Shown: piece after piece, positions 1 through 8,634 of the stretch
Position numbering within the stretch: the stretch's first letter is position 1
Layout: every line of letters starts with the position of its first letter
Assembly: GCA_938084875.1 (NCBI GenBank)
Contig: CALKFX010000041.1
Location: forward strand, 1-49,049
Direction: 5' to 3'
DNA: 49,049 nt
Origin: an uncultured Flavobacteriales bacterium
Lineage (GTDB): Bacteria > Bacteroidota > Bacteroidia > Flavobacteriales_D > Parvicellaceae
The notes under the pieces: generated by a model
Told to the model about the DNA's origin: nothing
What the model saw: the letters and a program-made list of their open reading frames with translations, nothing else
The model's database searches: none
Translations under genes and position numbers: made by a program

Positions 1-998
1 TCTTTAATTGTTGTTGGGGCAAATATATTGTTAAAGAGTTCATTTGGCTCGGGGTCTTTTTCTTCTAAAGCTTTTTTATACTGTTCTAAAACTAACTTTT
101 CAGATTTTAATATTATCTCGTCAAGCTCTGTTTTTTTGAAACCATTTTCTATTAATAATTCTTTTAAAATTGGGAAAGGATCTCTTAACAGATGAGTATC
201 TAAATCGTCTCTATACCACTCCATTCTAACTCCTGAAGTGTGATGATTTAAAAGCGGGACTTTAGCATGAATTAATACAGGTCCTTTTCTATTTCTAGTT
301 ATTTTAAGACTTTCTTGTAGAGCAGCATAAGACTCTTGAAAATTAGTTCCATCTACAGTAAATACTTTGAGACCTTTAAAGCCTTTAGCGAAATAAGAAA
401 TGTCCTGAGCTCTTGTTTCTTCTGCTTTAGCAGAAATATCCCATTCATTGTCCTGAACAAGATATATTATAGGTAATTTTTTTAAAACCGCCATTTGAAA
501 TGCCTCCGATACTTCTCCTTCTGTGCAAGATGCATCTCCAAGGGAACAAAGTACAATAGGAGCATCCTCATTGTGTTTGGACAGACCAACTTCCTCTTTA
601 TATTTTAATCCCATTGCAGCGCCAGTTGCGGGTATTGCCTGCATACCTGTAGCAGAAGATTGGTGGGGTATTTTTGGAAGTTCTGGATTATTTAAACTAG
701 GATGGGAATAATAAGTTTTGCCACCTGAAAAAGGGTCTTTTGATTTAGCAAGTAGCTGAAGCATCAAATCATATGGGTCTAATCCAATAGACAAAAGCAT
801 AGAATCGTCTCTATAATATGGATATAAAAAATCATCTTTTTTTAATTGGATACCAGCAGCAATTTGAATTACCTCGTGACCTTTAGAGGTAGCATGGACA
901 TATTTTGAAGTAATTGATTTTTCTCGCTCAAAAAGTGCACTCATGGAACGAGAAAGAGATATTAAATTATAAACTTTATCTAAAGTAGATTTATCCAT
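1..998 (-). CDS. TPP-dependent 2-oxoacid dehydrogenase E1 component, N-terminal (alpha-like) part. Partial: the 3' end runs off the left edge of the window.
   Basis: Absent from the ORF track because there is no stop in the window. Manual translation of the minus strand from ATG 998..996 stays open to base 3. It reads MDKSTLDKVYNLISLSRSMSALFEREKSITSKYVHATSKGHEVIQIAAG...IVLCSLGDASCTEGEVSEAFQMAVLKKLPIIYLVQDNEWDISA...GPVLIHAKVPLLNHHTSG, the typical E1-alpha TPP-binding layout of flavobacterial fused E1 alpha/beta proteins. Confidence 0.8.
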   Translation of the reverse strand, partial: MDKSTLDKVYNLISLSRSMSALFEREKSITSKYVHATSKGHEVIQIAAGIQLKKDDFLYPYYRDDSMLLSIGLDPYDLMLQLLAKSKDPFSGGKTYYSHPSLNNPELPKIPHQSSATGMQAIPATGAAMGLKYKEEVGLSKHNEDAPIVLCSLGDASCTEGEVSEAFQMAVLKKLPIIYLVQDNEWDISAKAEETRAQDISYFAKGFKGLKVFTVDGTNFQESYAALQESLKITRNRKGPVLIHAKVPLLNHHTSGVRMEWYRDDLDTHLLRDPFPILKELLIENGFKKTELDEIILKSEKLVLEQYKKALEEKDPEPNELFNNIFAPTTIK

Positions 999-1229
999 CG
1001 ATTTAATTGTTGAATCAAATATACAAATTAAAATATTTAAGACATTAAAACAATTTGAAAGAAATTAAATTCTATTTATAGAATAAAAATTAAAATTAAA
1101 AACTATTTTAAAAGAAAAATAAAAAATTAAATTCTTAAATATTTACAATAATTAAATGACTACAATTTGTTATTATTATAAGAAGCGAAATTTGAAAAAA
1201 ACATTAGATTTGTATTCAAAATAATTCTA

Positions 1230-2693
1230 ATGGAAGAACGGAGCCTTCTCATAAAAAAATACATATTTCCTGCCCTAGTAATTTTACTTGGACTTTTATT
1301 ATTGAATACTGCCCTATTTAGTGGCACCGGAAGTATTAACCAATCTGGCACATTTCTAATGGGTGCTATTGTTGTACTTTTAATGGGAGTTGTTACTGTT
1401 CTCTACATTAAAGAAATCATTGGTAAAAGTACTCATTTGAAAATTTTATTTGCACTACTTATTAGTTGCTTGTTTTTGGGCTATTCTACCTACAATTCTA
1501 TATCCACCACCATAGCTCAAATAGAGTTAAAAAAAGAAATAGATACCAATATCAAACAAGGCTTAAGAGATATTGAAATAGTTCAGTTGGAATACAAAAA
1601 AAAATACGGTTGGTATAGCGATAATTTTGATGAACTTAAAAGATTTTTAGTACAAGATAGTGTTTACTCTATAAGTACTAAGGGAATTGTACCAGACTAT
1701 AAAATCACTGCTGAACATGCAGAAATTCTTGGATATGACGCAATACTTGACTATATCCAATTAGAATCTTACGACGAAAAAGAAGCTCTATTATGTGGTC
1801 TATTAACAAAAGATACATCCTGGATAAATGTTTTAGAAAAATTATTCCCCTCAAATTCAGACTCTACAAACAATAGATTGTATGATTTTAAAGTTGAAAA
1901 TTTAGACTTGGTTCCTATGTCTGATAAAAAATATTTTAAAATGTATGCTGGTATTCTTGAGTCTAGTGACGATGTCTCATTCGAAATTATTAATTACAAA
2001 AAAGAAAATCCATACGAGTTTGTATCCTCCTATTTAATAGACTTTAACGGCAACGATACAGTTTACTACAACAAGGATATTAAAGGATTGATTGTTAAAG
2101 ATTCTATTCCCCAGTTACCACAATTCAATATAGGAGATAACATTGTTTCTGTAGATTCAGTAACGTTTAATAAACCTTCTGACTTTCTAGAGGTTATAAA
2201 AAATAAGAAAAAGGACACTATTTTGTTCCATATTATTAGATCTAATAAAGAATTAAAAATTAAACTAACTCAAAAAGATATTATTTCAAAACCGTCTAGA
2301 TCTTACTGGACAGACCTTGAAGATCTATTATCTTATAATCTCCAACCACCACTATATAACCCAGATCTTTTTGATCCTTTTTACGTTGGCAAAGATGTCA
2401 TTTCCAAAGAAGACGAATTTTCTAGTCCAAGTCTTAATATTTCAAATTTTAAATTGATGGTTAAAAAAAGATCTATGGACTCTACTAATATTTCCTTTGA
2501 AATTTTCAAAGGTGACAAAATAAATTTCGAAAATCTCAACGAAGATTCTGAAGATTACTTTTACTTGCTTTCAAAAGTAGGAACTCCAGTATTTAAAGCA
2601 TTTGATCCTTCACCATATGACCCACTCAACGAAAGAGACACTCTAACAACCGGCTCTTTAACCGAAGTAAAAACTAGTGGGAATTGGAAATAA
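1230..2693 (+). CDS. Hypothetical membrane protein: about 3 N-terminal TM helices and a large extracytoplasmic region with a PDZ-like segment.
   Basis: 487-aa ORF with hydrophobic N-terminal helices (FPALVILLGLLLL, FLMGAIVVLLMGVVTVLY, ILFALLISCLFLGY). A PDZ-like stretch reads GLIVKDSIPQLPQFNIGDNIVSVDSVTFNKPSDFLEVIKNKKKDTILFHIIRSNKELKIKL. I recognise no family. Confidence 0.55.
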   Translation: MEERSLLIKKYIFPALVILLGLLLLNTALFSGTGSINQSGTFLMGAIVVLLMGVVTVLYIKEIIGKSTHLKILFALLISCLFLGYSTYNSISTTIAQIELKKEIDTNIKQGLRDIEIVQLEYKKKYGWYSDNFDELKRFLVQDSVYSISTKGIVPDYKITAEHAEILGYDAILDYIQLESYDEKEALLCGLLTKDTSWINVLEKLFPSNSDSTNNRLYDFKVENLDLVPMSDKKYFKMYAGILESSDDVSFEIINYKKENPYEFVSSYLIDFNGNDTVYYNKDIKGLIVKDSIPQLPQFNIGDNIVSVDSVTFNKPSDFLEVIKNKKKDTILFHIIRSNKELKIKLTQKDIISKPSRSYWTDLEDLLSYNLQPPLYNPDLFDPFYVGKDVISKEDEFSSPSLNISNFKLMVKKRSMDSTNISFEIFKGDKINFENLNEDSEDYFYLLSKVGTPVFKAFDPSPYDPLNERDTLTTGSLTEVKTSGNWK

Positions 2694-2702
2694 CCCCACA
2701 TT

Positions 2703-3347
2703 TTGAAATACTTTTCTTCAGACACATATATATTTGAAAATAATTTTTTTAGAATTTCTGAATCTGGATTTTGGAAACTAACCAAAGAGTCTGAAATTAA
2801 AGCAAGTTCAAAAATTGAAAATATTTATATAGACAGCCCATACTTTACTTTAATTCCGAATGAAATAGCTGACCACATTCCATTAGAAGAGAAAAAAAGA
2901 TTTATTTCGAACCCAGAAACTGATATAAGCTATTTAGAAGACAAAATTTCCAAATATCAGAGTATGATCTATTGGGGGGTTGATAAAAAAATTCTAAGCG
3001 CAATCAAAAAAAAATTTCCGACAGTAAACCTGAAACATTTTTGTGAATCAATAATAATGTCTTCAAATTATGATTTTAAATTGAAGTATTTTCTTGGTGA
3101 AAAATGTATTTACATAGCATCCTTTAATAATAAAAAACTAATTTTAGTCAACAGATATAAAATTGAAAATAGTGAAGATGCACTTTACTTCTTACTAAGT
3201 GTTATTAAAGAATCAAAATTCATTAACGAACCATTTAATATTGAACATTTCGGGATTGAAAACAAGATTTTTACATCCAAAATAAAAGATATTTTTCCTA
3301 ATGTAGAAATACAATACGATCAACAATCTAACTTTAAAAACTTGTGA
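2703..3347 (+). CDS. Conserved hypothetical protein, possibly the DUF3822-type protein that often precedes rsmD in Bacteroidota.
   Basis: 214-aa ORF with a TTG start 9 nt after the upstream stop and 1 nt before rsmD. The family assignment comes from remembered synteny only, not from motifs. Confidence 0.45.
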   Translation: MKYFSSDTYIFENNFFRISESGFWKLTKESEIKASSKIENIYIDSPYFTLIPNEIADHIPLEEKKRFISNPETDISYLEDKISKYQSMIYWGVDKKILSAIKKKFPTVNLKHFCESIIMSSNYDFKLKYFLGEKCIYIASFNNKKLILVNRYKIENSEDALYFLLSVIKESKFINEPFNIEHFGIENKIFTSKIKDIFPNVEIQYDQQSNFKNL

Positions 3348-3348
3348 T

Positions 3349-3894
3349 TTGAGAATTATTTCAGGGAAATTTAAATCTATTCATATTCCATTTAACAAAA
3401 GTATAAAAGCTAGACCTACAACAAGTTCTGCAAAAGAGGCCTTATTCAACATCTTGGAAAATAAAGACATTATAATAGGCGCTGATGTGTTAGACTTATT
3501 TTCTGGAACTGGCAGTATTGCCTATGAATTTATTTCTAGAGGAGCTAAAACAGTCATTTGTGTAGACAAACAAATAAATTCCATCAAATTCATTCGCTCA
3601 ATAGCAACCAAACACGCTATGAATATCACCACTTTCAAAGCAGATGCGTTAAAATACGTTTTAAAAAGTAGTAAGAAAAGCTTAGATATAATATTTGCAG
3701 ACCCTCCATATAACCTAGAAAATATTGAAGAAATTCCAGAACATATTTTAAATAGTGGAATTCTTAAAAGAAATGGGTTACTTATTTTTGAACACAGCAG
3801 AGACGTTAATTTTCAAGAATCCATTAACTTTATTGAAAAAAGAACGTATAGCAATGTAAACTTTTCTTTTTTTAAAATAACAAGTGAAAAATAA
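3349..3894 (+). CDS. rsmD: 16S rRNA (guanine966-N2)-methyltransferase RsmD
   Basis: N-terminal RIISGKFKS...ARPTTSSAKEALFNIL, SAM motif DLFSGTGSIAYEFISRGA, and catalytic FADPPY. Starts with TTG. Confidence 0.85.
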   Translation: MRIISGKFKSIHIPFNKSIKARPTTSSAKEALFNILENKDIIIGADVLDLFSGTGSIAYEFISRGAKTVICVDKQINSIKFIRSIATKHAMNITTFKADALKYVLKSSKKSLDIIFADPPYNLENIEEIPEHILNSGILKRNGLLIFEHSRDVNFQESINFIEKRTYSNVNFSFFKITSEK

Positions 3895-4348
3895 AATTGG
3901 AATATTTCCAGGGTCATTTGATCCAATAACATCTGGACACAGGCACATTATTGAGAAAGCCTCTAAACTTGTTGATGTCTTGATAGTTGGAATTGGAGAT
4001 AACTCTTCCAAAAAAAGCTTCTATTCATTGGAAAAGAGAGAAGATTGGGTTAAAAACACTTTTAAGAATTACGATAATATTTTAGTTAAAAAATACAATG
4101 GACTGACAATAAATTTTGCAGAAAAAGAAAATGCAAAATTTATTTTCAGAGGACTAAGGTCTTCTATTGACTACGAATACGAAAAACAAATAGCTGAAAC
4201 AAATTCAGTATTGAATAAAGAGATTGAAACTATTTTCTTGCTCTCAGATAAAAAATATGGAATGATTTCTTCATCGATTGTCAGAGATATCCTAAAAAAT
4301 AATGGGGACATTAGAGATTTTGTTCCAAAAGAGGTGAAAATATCTTAG
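3884..4348 (+). CDS. coaD: Phosphopantetheine adenylyltransferase
   Basis: IGIFPGSFDPITSGHRHIIEKA (T/HxGH nucleotidyltransferase motif) and ISSSIVRD near the C-terminus. GTG start overlaps rsmD by 11 nt. Confidence 0.9.
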   Translation: MKNKIGIFPGSFDPITSGHRHIIEKASKLVDVLIVGIGDNSSKKSFYSLEKREDWVKNTFKNYDNILVKKYNGLTINFAEKENAKFIFRGLRSSIDYEYEKQIAETNSVLNKEIETIFLLSDKKYGMISSSIVRDILKNNGDIRDFVPKEVKIS

Positions 4349-4350
4349 CC

Positions 4351-5817
4351 ATGAATAGGCTTATAACATCACTTTTTTTTATCTTTTTCTGGGCAAAACT
4401 AGCTCTATCTACCAGCGTTAGCATCTATGCGCCAGCTTATAAAAATCAATCTATTACTTGGAAAAAAAAGATTGATTATATAACCAATGTAAGCGAGACA
4501 ATTGCCCATGAAGTTATAGATTCTAATGGTTATGTGAAATTATATTTCGATTTCAACGACAATGAACTTACAGAAATTTCAATTGGGAGATCTCATAGTA
4601 TGTTATATGTTGATACTTCAAACTACGAATACAATCTTTACTTCCCAAAAGACACTCTTATTGACCAAGCCTCTCTTAAGAAATCAGAAGTTCAAATTGT
4701 GTTTTTAAATCTAGAGATAGATAATATCAATAGTTTGATTTTAGATTTTAATAATCAATTAGATTATTTTCTTTACGGTGACACTAGTAAGATTATTAGA
4801 ATGGCTAAGCACAGTAATAAATTCCAAGACAGTCTTAATAATTTTAAAATATTACTTAGCGATAGATATAAAACCAAAAAAATAAAATACTTACATAACT
4901 ATATTAGATATGAAATTGCAATTCTAGAACAGTTAGCTCATCAAAATAAAGGGGATTATTTCAAAGCATATCTATATGAGAATTATTTAAAAAGAAATAA
5001 AATAAACTATAAAAACGATGCCTATATGCAATTTTTTAATCTTTTTTACAGTGATGTTTTTAAAATTGGAGGAATTGAACTTAACGATCAAATCAAATTT
5101 GCCATAAACAACTATAATGAATTGCAAAAACTATTTGAAATAATTCAGTCTTGTAAATATTTTTCATCTCCCCAACTTTCAGAACTCGCAATAATCAAAG
5201 GACTTTATGACGCATATAATTCACCAAGTTATGTCGCAGAAAACGTCTTATTATTTTTAAAAAAAATATCCATCGAAAGCAAATGGCAAGAACACAAAAC
5301 AATGGCAAGTAACTGTATAAAAGAACTTACCAAGTTCAAAATTGGTTCTCCATGCCCTGAACTAATTGTCAAGGACCAAAACAATCAAATAATAAAAATT
5401 CATGAACTAAAGGAAAAATATACTTACGTTAATTTTTTTGCGACTTGGAATTATAAAAGCTTGCATGAAATGGAAATTATAAAACAATTTAAAGAAAATT
5501 ACGGTTTTGTAAACTACATCTCAATTAACCTAGAGAATAATGAAGACGAATACAATAACTTTATAAAATCAAATTTATACTATCAATGGGCTATTTGTTA
5601 TCCTTTAAACAAGCAAAAAATAGTTGATGATTTTCAATTAGACCATCTTCCATTTCACCTACTAATTGACCCAGATGGAAAGATTTCTCAATTCCCTGCC
5701 CTTCCTCCTAGTCCACTTTCAAAAGGTTATAATAGTACAACAATTGACAAAACATTTTTCACAATTGAAAAAAATACTAGAGTAAAAGAATCTTTTAAAA
5801 TTGGAAAGAAAAACTAA
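4351..5817 (+). CDS. Secreted protein with a C-terminal thioredoxin-fold (TlpA/AhpC-TSA-like) domain that lacks the CxxC active site
   Basis: Signal-like N-terminus MNRLITSLFFIFFWAKLALS. The C-terminal 120 aa follow the TlpA pattern (YTYVNFFATW....EMEIIKQFKENY...ISINLENNEDEYNNFI...HLPFHLLIDPDGKI), but WCxxC is replaced by WNYKS. Confidence 0.6.
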   Translation: MNRLITSLFFIFFWAKLALSTSVSIYAPAYKNQSITWKKKIDYITNVSETIAHEVIDSNGYVKLYFDFNDNELTEISIGRSHSMLYVDTSNYEYNLYFPKDTLIDQASLKKSEVQIVFLNLEIDNINSLILDFNNQLDYFLYGDTSKIIRMAKHSNKFQDSLNNFKILLSDRYKTKKIKYLHNYIRYEIAILEQLAHQNKGDYFKAYLYENYLKRNKINYKNDAYMQFFNLFYSDVFKIGGIELNDQIKFAINNYNELQKLFEIIQSCKYFSSPQLSELAIIKGLYDAYNSPSYVAENVLLFLKKISIESKWQEHKTMASNCIKELTKFKIGSPCPELIVKDQNNQIIKIHELKEKYTYVNFFATWNYKSLHEMEIIKQFKENYGFVNYISINLENNEDEYNNFIKSNLYYQWAICYPLNKQKIVDDFQLDHLPFHLLIDPDGKISQFPALPPSPLSKGYNSTTIDKTFFTIEKNTRVKESFKIGKKN

Positions 5818-6398
5818 ATAAGTAAAGAATTCCAAACTTCCTTTATCGATTTAAAGGACTCGTTAGACTTTAAAGTAGATTCCTTAAAAGAAAGCCATTC
5901 AACTTTTTCAATACCTTCCTCAGCTTGTGGAAGAACATTTTCAGAACCAGAATAACTCATTTGGTACCAATGGGTTCTTTTTATAAATTTTATAGAATTT
6001 TCAGTGTAGGTGTGAAAGGAAATATAAATTAATTTCTCAATTTTAAGCGAGGAATCTAAGCCACATTCTTCCCTTACTTCTCTTAGAGCAGCTGTTTCAA
6101 AATCCTCTAGATATTCTAATTTTCCTTTTGGAAGATCCCAAATCCCATTTCTATAAATCCATAGATGTTTTTTATTCTTTATTACTATTCCACCAGATGC
6201 CTCTACAAATTTACAATCAGAATACCAGCTTTGTATACTTTTAAGTGGATTGGTTGTGATAAAATTAAAATGAAACTCATTGATTTTATTAAACTTAGAA
6301 ACTTCAGAAAGGTGGTATATATTTATATAATTAGCAATACTTTCTTTTGGAGAAAAAATGATCTCACTTTTGCTATCAAAAACTTTATAAATTTGCAC
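5814..6398 (-). CDS. NUDIX hydrolase
   Basis: Nudix box GIWDLPKGKLEYLEDFETAALREVREECGL. The ORF track begins at ATG 6455, inside pyrE. An in-frame GTG at 6398 gives VQIYKVFDSKSEIIF, which I consider the likelier N-terminus. The start is uncertain. Confidence 0.75.
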   Translation of the reverse strand: MQIYKVFDSKSEIIFSPKESIANYINIYHLSEVSKFNKINEFHFNFITTNPLKSIQSWYSDCKFVEASGGIVIKNKKHLWIYRNGIWDLPKGKLEYLEDFETAALREVREECGLDSSLKIEKLIYISFHTYTENSIKFIKRTHWYQMSYSGSENVLPQAEEGIEKVEWLSFKESTLKSNESFKSIKEVWNSLLI

Positions 6399-6399
6399 G

Positions 6400-7044
6400 A
6401 TGAATAGTTCTAAAAATAATGCTGCTAAAGTAGCTGATTTTCTTTTACAAATCAATGCAGTAAAATTGCAACCTTCTAAACCCTTTAAATGGGCTTCCGG
6501 ATGGAATTCCCCAATTTATTGTGACAATAGAAAAATACTTGCATATCCGAAGATTAGAGAATTTATTAAAAATGAATTTGTTAGCTTAATTAATGAATTT
6601 GACACGCCAACTTGCATAGCAGGAGTTGCTACTGGAGGTATTGCTATTGGAGCAATTGTTGCCGAAGAACTAGGACTTCCATTTTGTTATGTTCGTTCTG
6701 AATCAAAATCTCATGGTATGAAAAATAATATTGAAGGAGATTTAAAACTAGAGGATAAAGTTTTTGTAATCGAAGATCTAATCTCCTCTGGGAAAAGTAG
6801 TATCAAAGCAGTAAAAGATCTAAAAGAATTTGGTGTTGAAATTTGCGGTCTTGGAGCAATTTTCACATATGGTTTTGAAGTTTCTCAAAGTAATTTCTCA
6901 GAAGAATCTTGTTCATTTAAAACATTGTCTAACTACTCTGTTTTACTTGAAACTGCTTTAAAAAATAATTATATTTCTAATGAAGAACTTAATACATTAG
7001 TTAAATGGAGAAATTCTCCTTCTACCTGGACACCAAATGCTTAA
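6400..7044 (+). CDS. pyrE: Orotate phosphoribosyltransferase
   Basis: FKWASGWNSPIYCDNRK and the PRPP-binding loop VFVIEDLISSGKSS. Confidence 0.9.
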   Translation: MNSSKNNAAKVADFLLQINAVKLQPSKPFKWASGWNSPIYCDNRKILAYPKIREFIKNEFVSLINEFDTPTCIAGVATGGIAIGAIVAEELGLPFCYVRSESKSHGMKNNIEGDLKLEDKVFVIEDLISSGKSSIKAVKDLKEFGVEICGLGAIFTYGFEVSQSNFSEESCSFKTLSNYSVLLETALKNNYISNEELNTLVKWRNSPSTWTPNA

Positions 7045-7444
7045 AATAAAAAGTGAAGAGTTTACTTTTAATGCTAAACAAGCAGACTGTATGGATTTTC
7101 TTTCAGATTTGAATAATTACAAAAACCTTTTTCCAAAAGATAAAATTAAGAATTGGAAATCTGAAGAAAACTATTGTGAGTTTAATCTTCAAAATGCCTA
7201 CACTTTAGAAATTTTAAAAGAATCTGTAACAGATAATATTGTTTTTTTAAAAAGCGGCGTTAAATCCCCATTTTCTTTTGAAATCAAAATAGAAGTTAAT
7301 GAGAAAAGTAACAATTTATGTTATGCTCACATTGAAAGTGAAGCAAATGTGAGTGCAATTCTAAAAACAATTATTGGAAAGCCTTTAAACGAACTATTTA
7401 ACCATATGGCTTCTAAAATTGAAGAATCTATTTCAAAAGACTAA
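7037..7444 (+). CDS. Small hypothetical protein, possibly an SRPBCC/START-like fold
   Basis: 135-aa ORF overlapping pyrE by 8 nt. It has no diagnostic motif. The fold guess comes from size and the remembered pyrE-SRPBCC-birA synteny in Flavobacteriia. Confidence 0.45.
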   Translation: MLKIKSEEFTFNAKQADCMDFLSDLNNYKNLFPKDKIKNWKSEENYCEFNLQNAYTLEILKESVTDNIVFLKSGVKSPFSFEIKIEVNEKSNNLCYAHIESEANVSAILKTIIGKPLNELFNHMASKIEESISKD

Positions 7445-8165
7445 CCTCCTTTATTTCAAAAGACTTTTCATCTCCATTCTCTAGCTCTAAAATCATTTTA
7501 CCAAAAGAATCTACTTTAATTAATTTTGCTTTAAAATAGATTTTATTTGTTTTATAGTTACTCCACTGGTTATAATTGAAAAGAAAGCTGTGGTATTGAC
7601 GGTCTATTTCAAAAAAATCAAAATTTCTAAGTCTATTAAATTGAGTATCTAATGAGGAACAAAGAGACTTTAGAATTGAATTTAAATTGTAGACTTTAGA
7701 GGTTAGATTTTTAAGACTTATAACATTATTATCTCCAGAAAAAACAACCTGGTTAACATTAAGACCAATTCCAATAATTGAGGAAGATAATTTCTCATTT
7801 TTCCATTGATTCTCAATTAAAACACCTGCTAACTTACTACCGTTTATCAATATATCGTTGGGCCATTTAATGGATACTTTAATTCCAATGATTTTTTCAA
7901 CACATTCTCTAATTGCTAAAGCAACAGCTTTGCTTAAGAAGAAAATATTTTCAGAATTTAAAAATGAAGAATCAAAATAAATACTAATCAATAAGTTCAA
8001 ACCTTTATCAGATTCCCAAAAAGAAGATCTTTGACCTTTCCCATGTGTCTGAAAGTCTGCCATTATTACAGTTCCAAAACTAATTTTAGTTTCTTTGACT
8101 AGTTTGGCAGTATAATTGTTGGTAGAATCAACAGAACTAAGTTTTATGATTTGATTTCCTACCAT
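7428..8165 (-). CDS. birA: Biotin-[acetyl-CoA-carboxylase] ligase (group I, no HTH domain)
   Basis: FQTHGKGQRSSFWES (GRGRxGR-type biotin loop variant) and KWPNDILINGSKLAGVLIEN. Confidence 0.85.
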   Translation of the reverse strand: MVGNQIIKLSSVDSTNNYTAKLVKETKISFGTVIMADFQTHGKGQRSSFWESDKGLNLLISIYFDSSFLNSENIFFLSKAVALAIRECVEKIIGIKVSIKWPNDILINGSKLAGVLIENQWKNEKLSSSIIGIGLNVNQVVFSGDNNVISLKNLTSKVYNLNSILKSLCSSLDTQFNRLRNFDFFEIDRQYHSFLFNYNQWSNYKTNKIYFKAKLIKVDSFGKMILELENGDEKSFEIKEVSLLK

Positions 8166-8258
8166 TTGACTTTTTATTTAAATAAATAAACGACAAACAA
8201 TTCAACAAATCAAATGAATTAACCATAATTAGTTAGTTTTACATTCTATTTAGCTAGT

Positions 8259-8624
8259 TTGAATAGTATAACATTTAACAGTATGCAGCTTAAAGAAACA
8301 ATTGTAGAAGGTCTCAAAGACGGTAAAGCAAAGGATGTGGTGTGTATTGATATGAGAAAAGTTAATGGCTCTATTTGCGATTACTTTATTATAGCACATG
8401 GAGACTCTGCAACACACATTGATGGAATAAATAGATCTGTATACAAAAGATGTGTTAAAGATTTAAATGAAAAACCTTGGAAAGAGGAAGGAAAAGGAAA
8501 TAGCGAATGGATTCTTATGGATTACGTTAATGTAGTAGCCCATATTTTTTACAAGGAAACTAGATCTATTTACAATATTGAAGATCTTTGGGGAGATGCT
8601 CCAGTGAAACAATATTTAACATAA
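8259..8624 (+). CDS. rsfS: Ribosome silencing factor RsfS
   Basis: KAKDVVCIDMRKVNGSICDYFIIAHGDS...WILMDYVNVVAHIFYKETRSIYNIEDLWGDA. TTG start at 8259; an alternative ATG lies at 8283. Confidence 0.85.
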   Translation: MNSITFNSMQLKETIVEGLKDGKAKDVVCIDMRKVNGSICDYFIIAHGDSATHIDGINRSVYKRCVKDLNEKPWKEEGKGNSEWILMDYVNVVAHIFYKETRSIYNIEDLWGDAPVKQYLT

Positions 8625-8634
8625 TTAACTATAG

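Noticed and set aside
523-711. 62-aa plus-strand ORF from the track
   Set aside because: It lies entirely antisense to the well-supported E1 dehydrogenase frame (1..998, minus) and has no recognisable motifs. It is a shadow ORF.
1069-1084. 16-bp palindrome ATTCTAT-tt-ATAGAAT in the divergent spacer between the E1 gene and ORF 1230
   Set aside because: 7-bp A/T-rich arms in a spacer of about 230 bp that is almost pure A/T are plausibly chance. No second copy occurs and no known regulator is associated with it.
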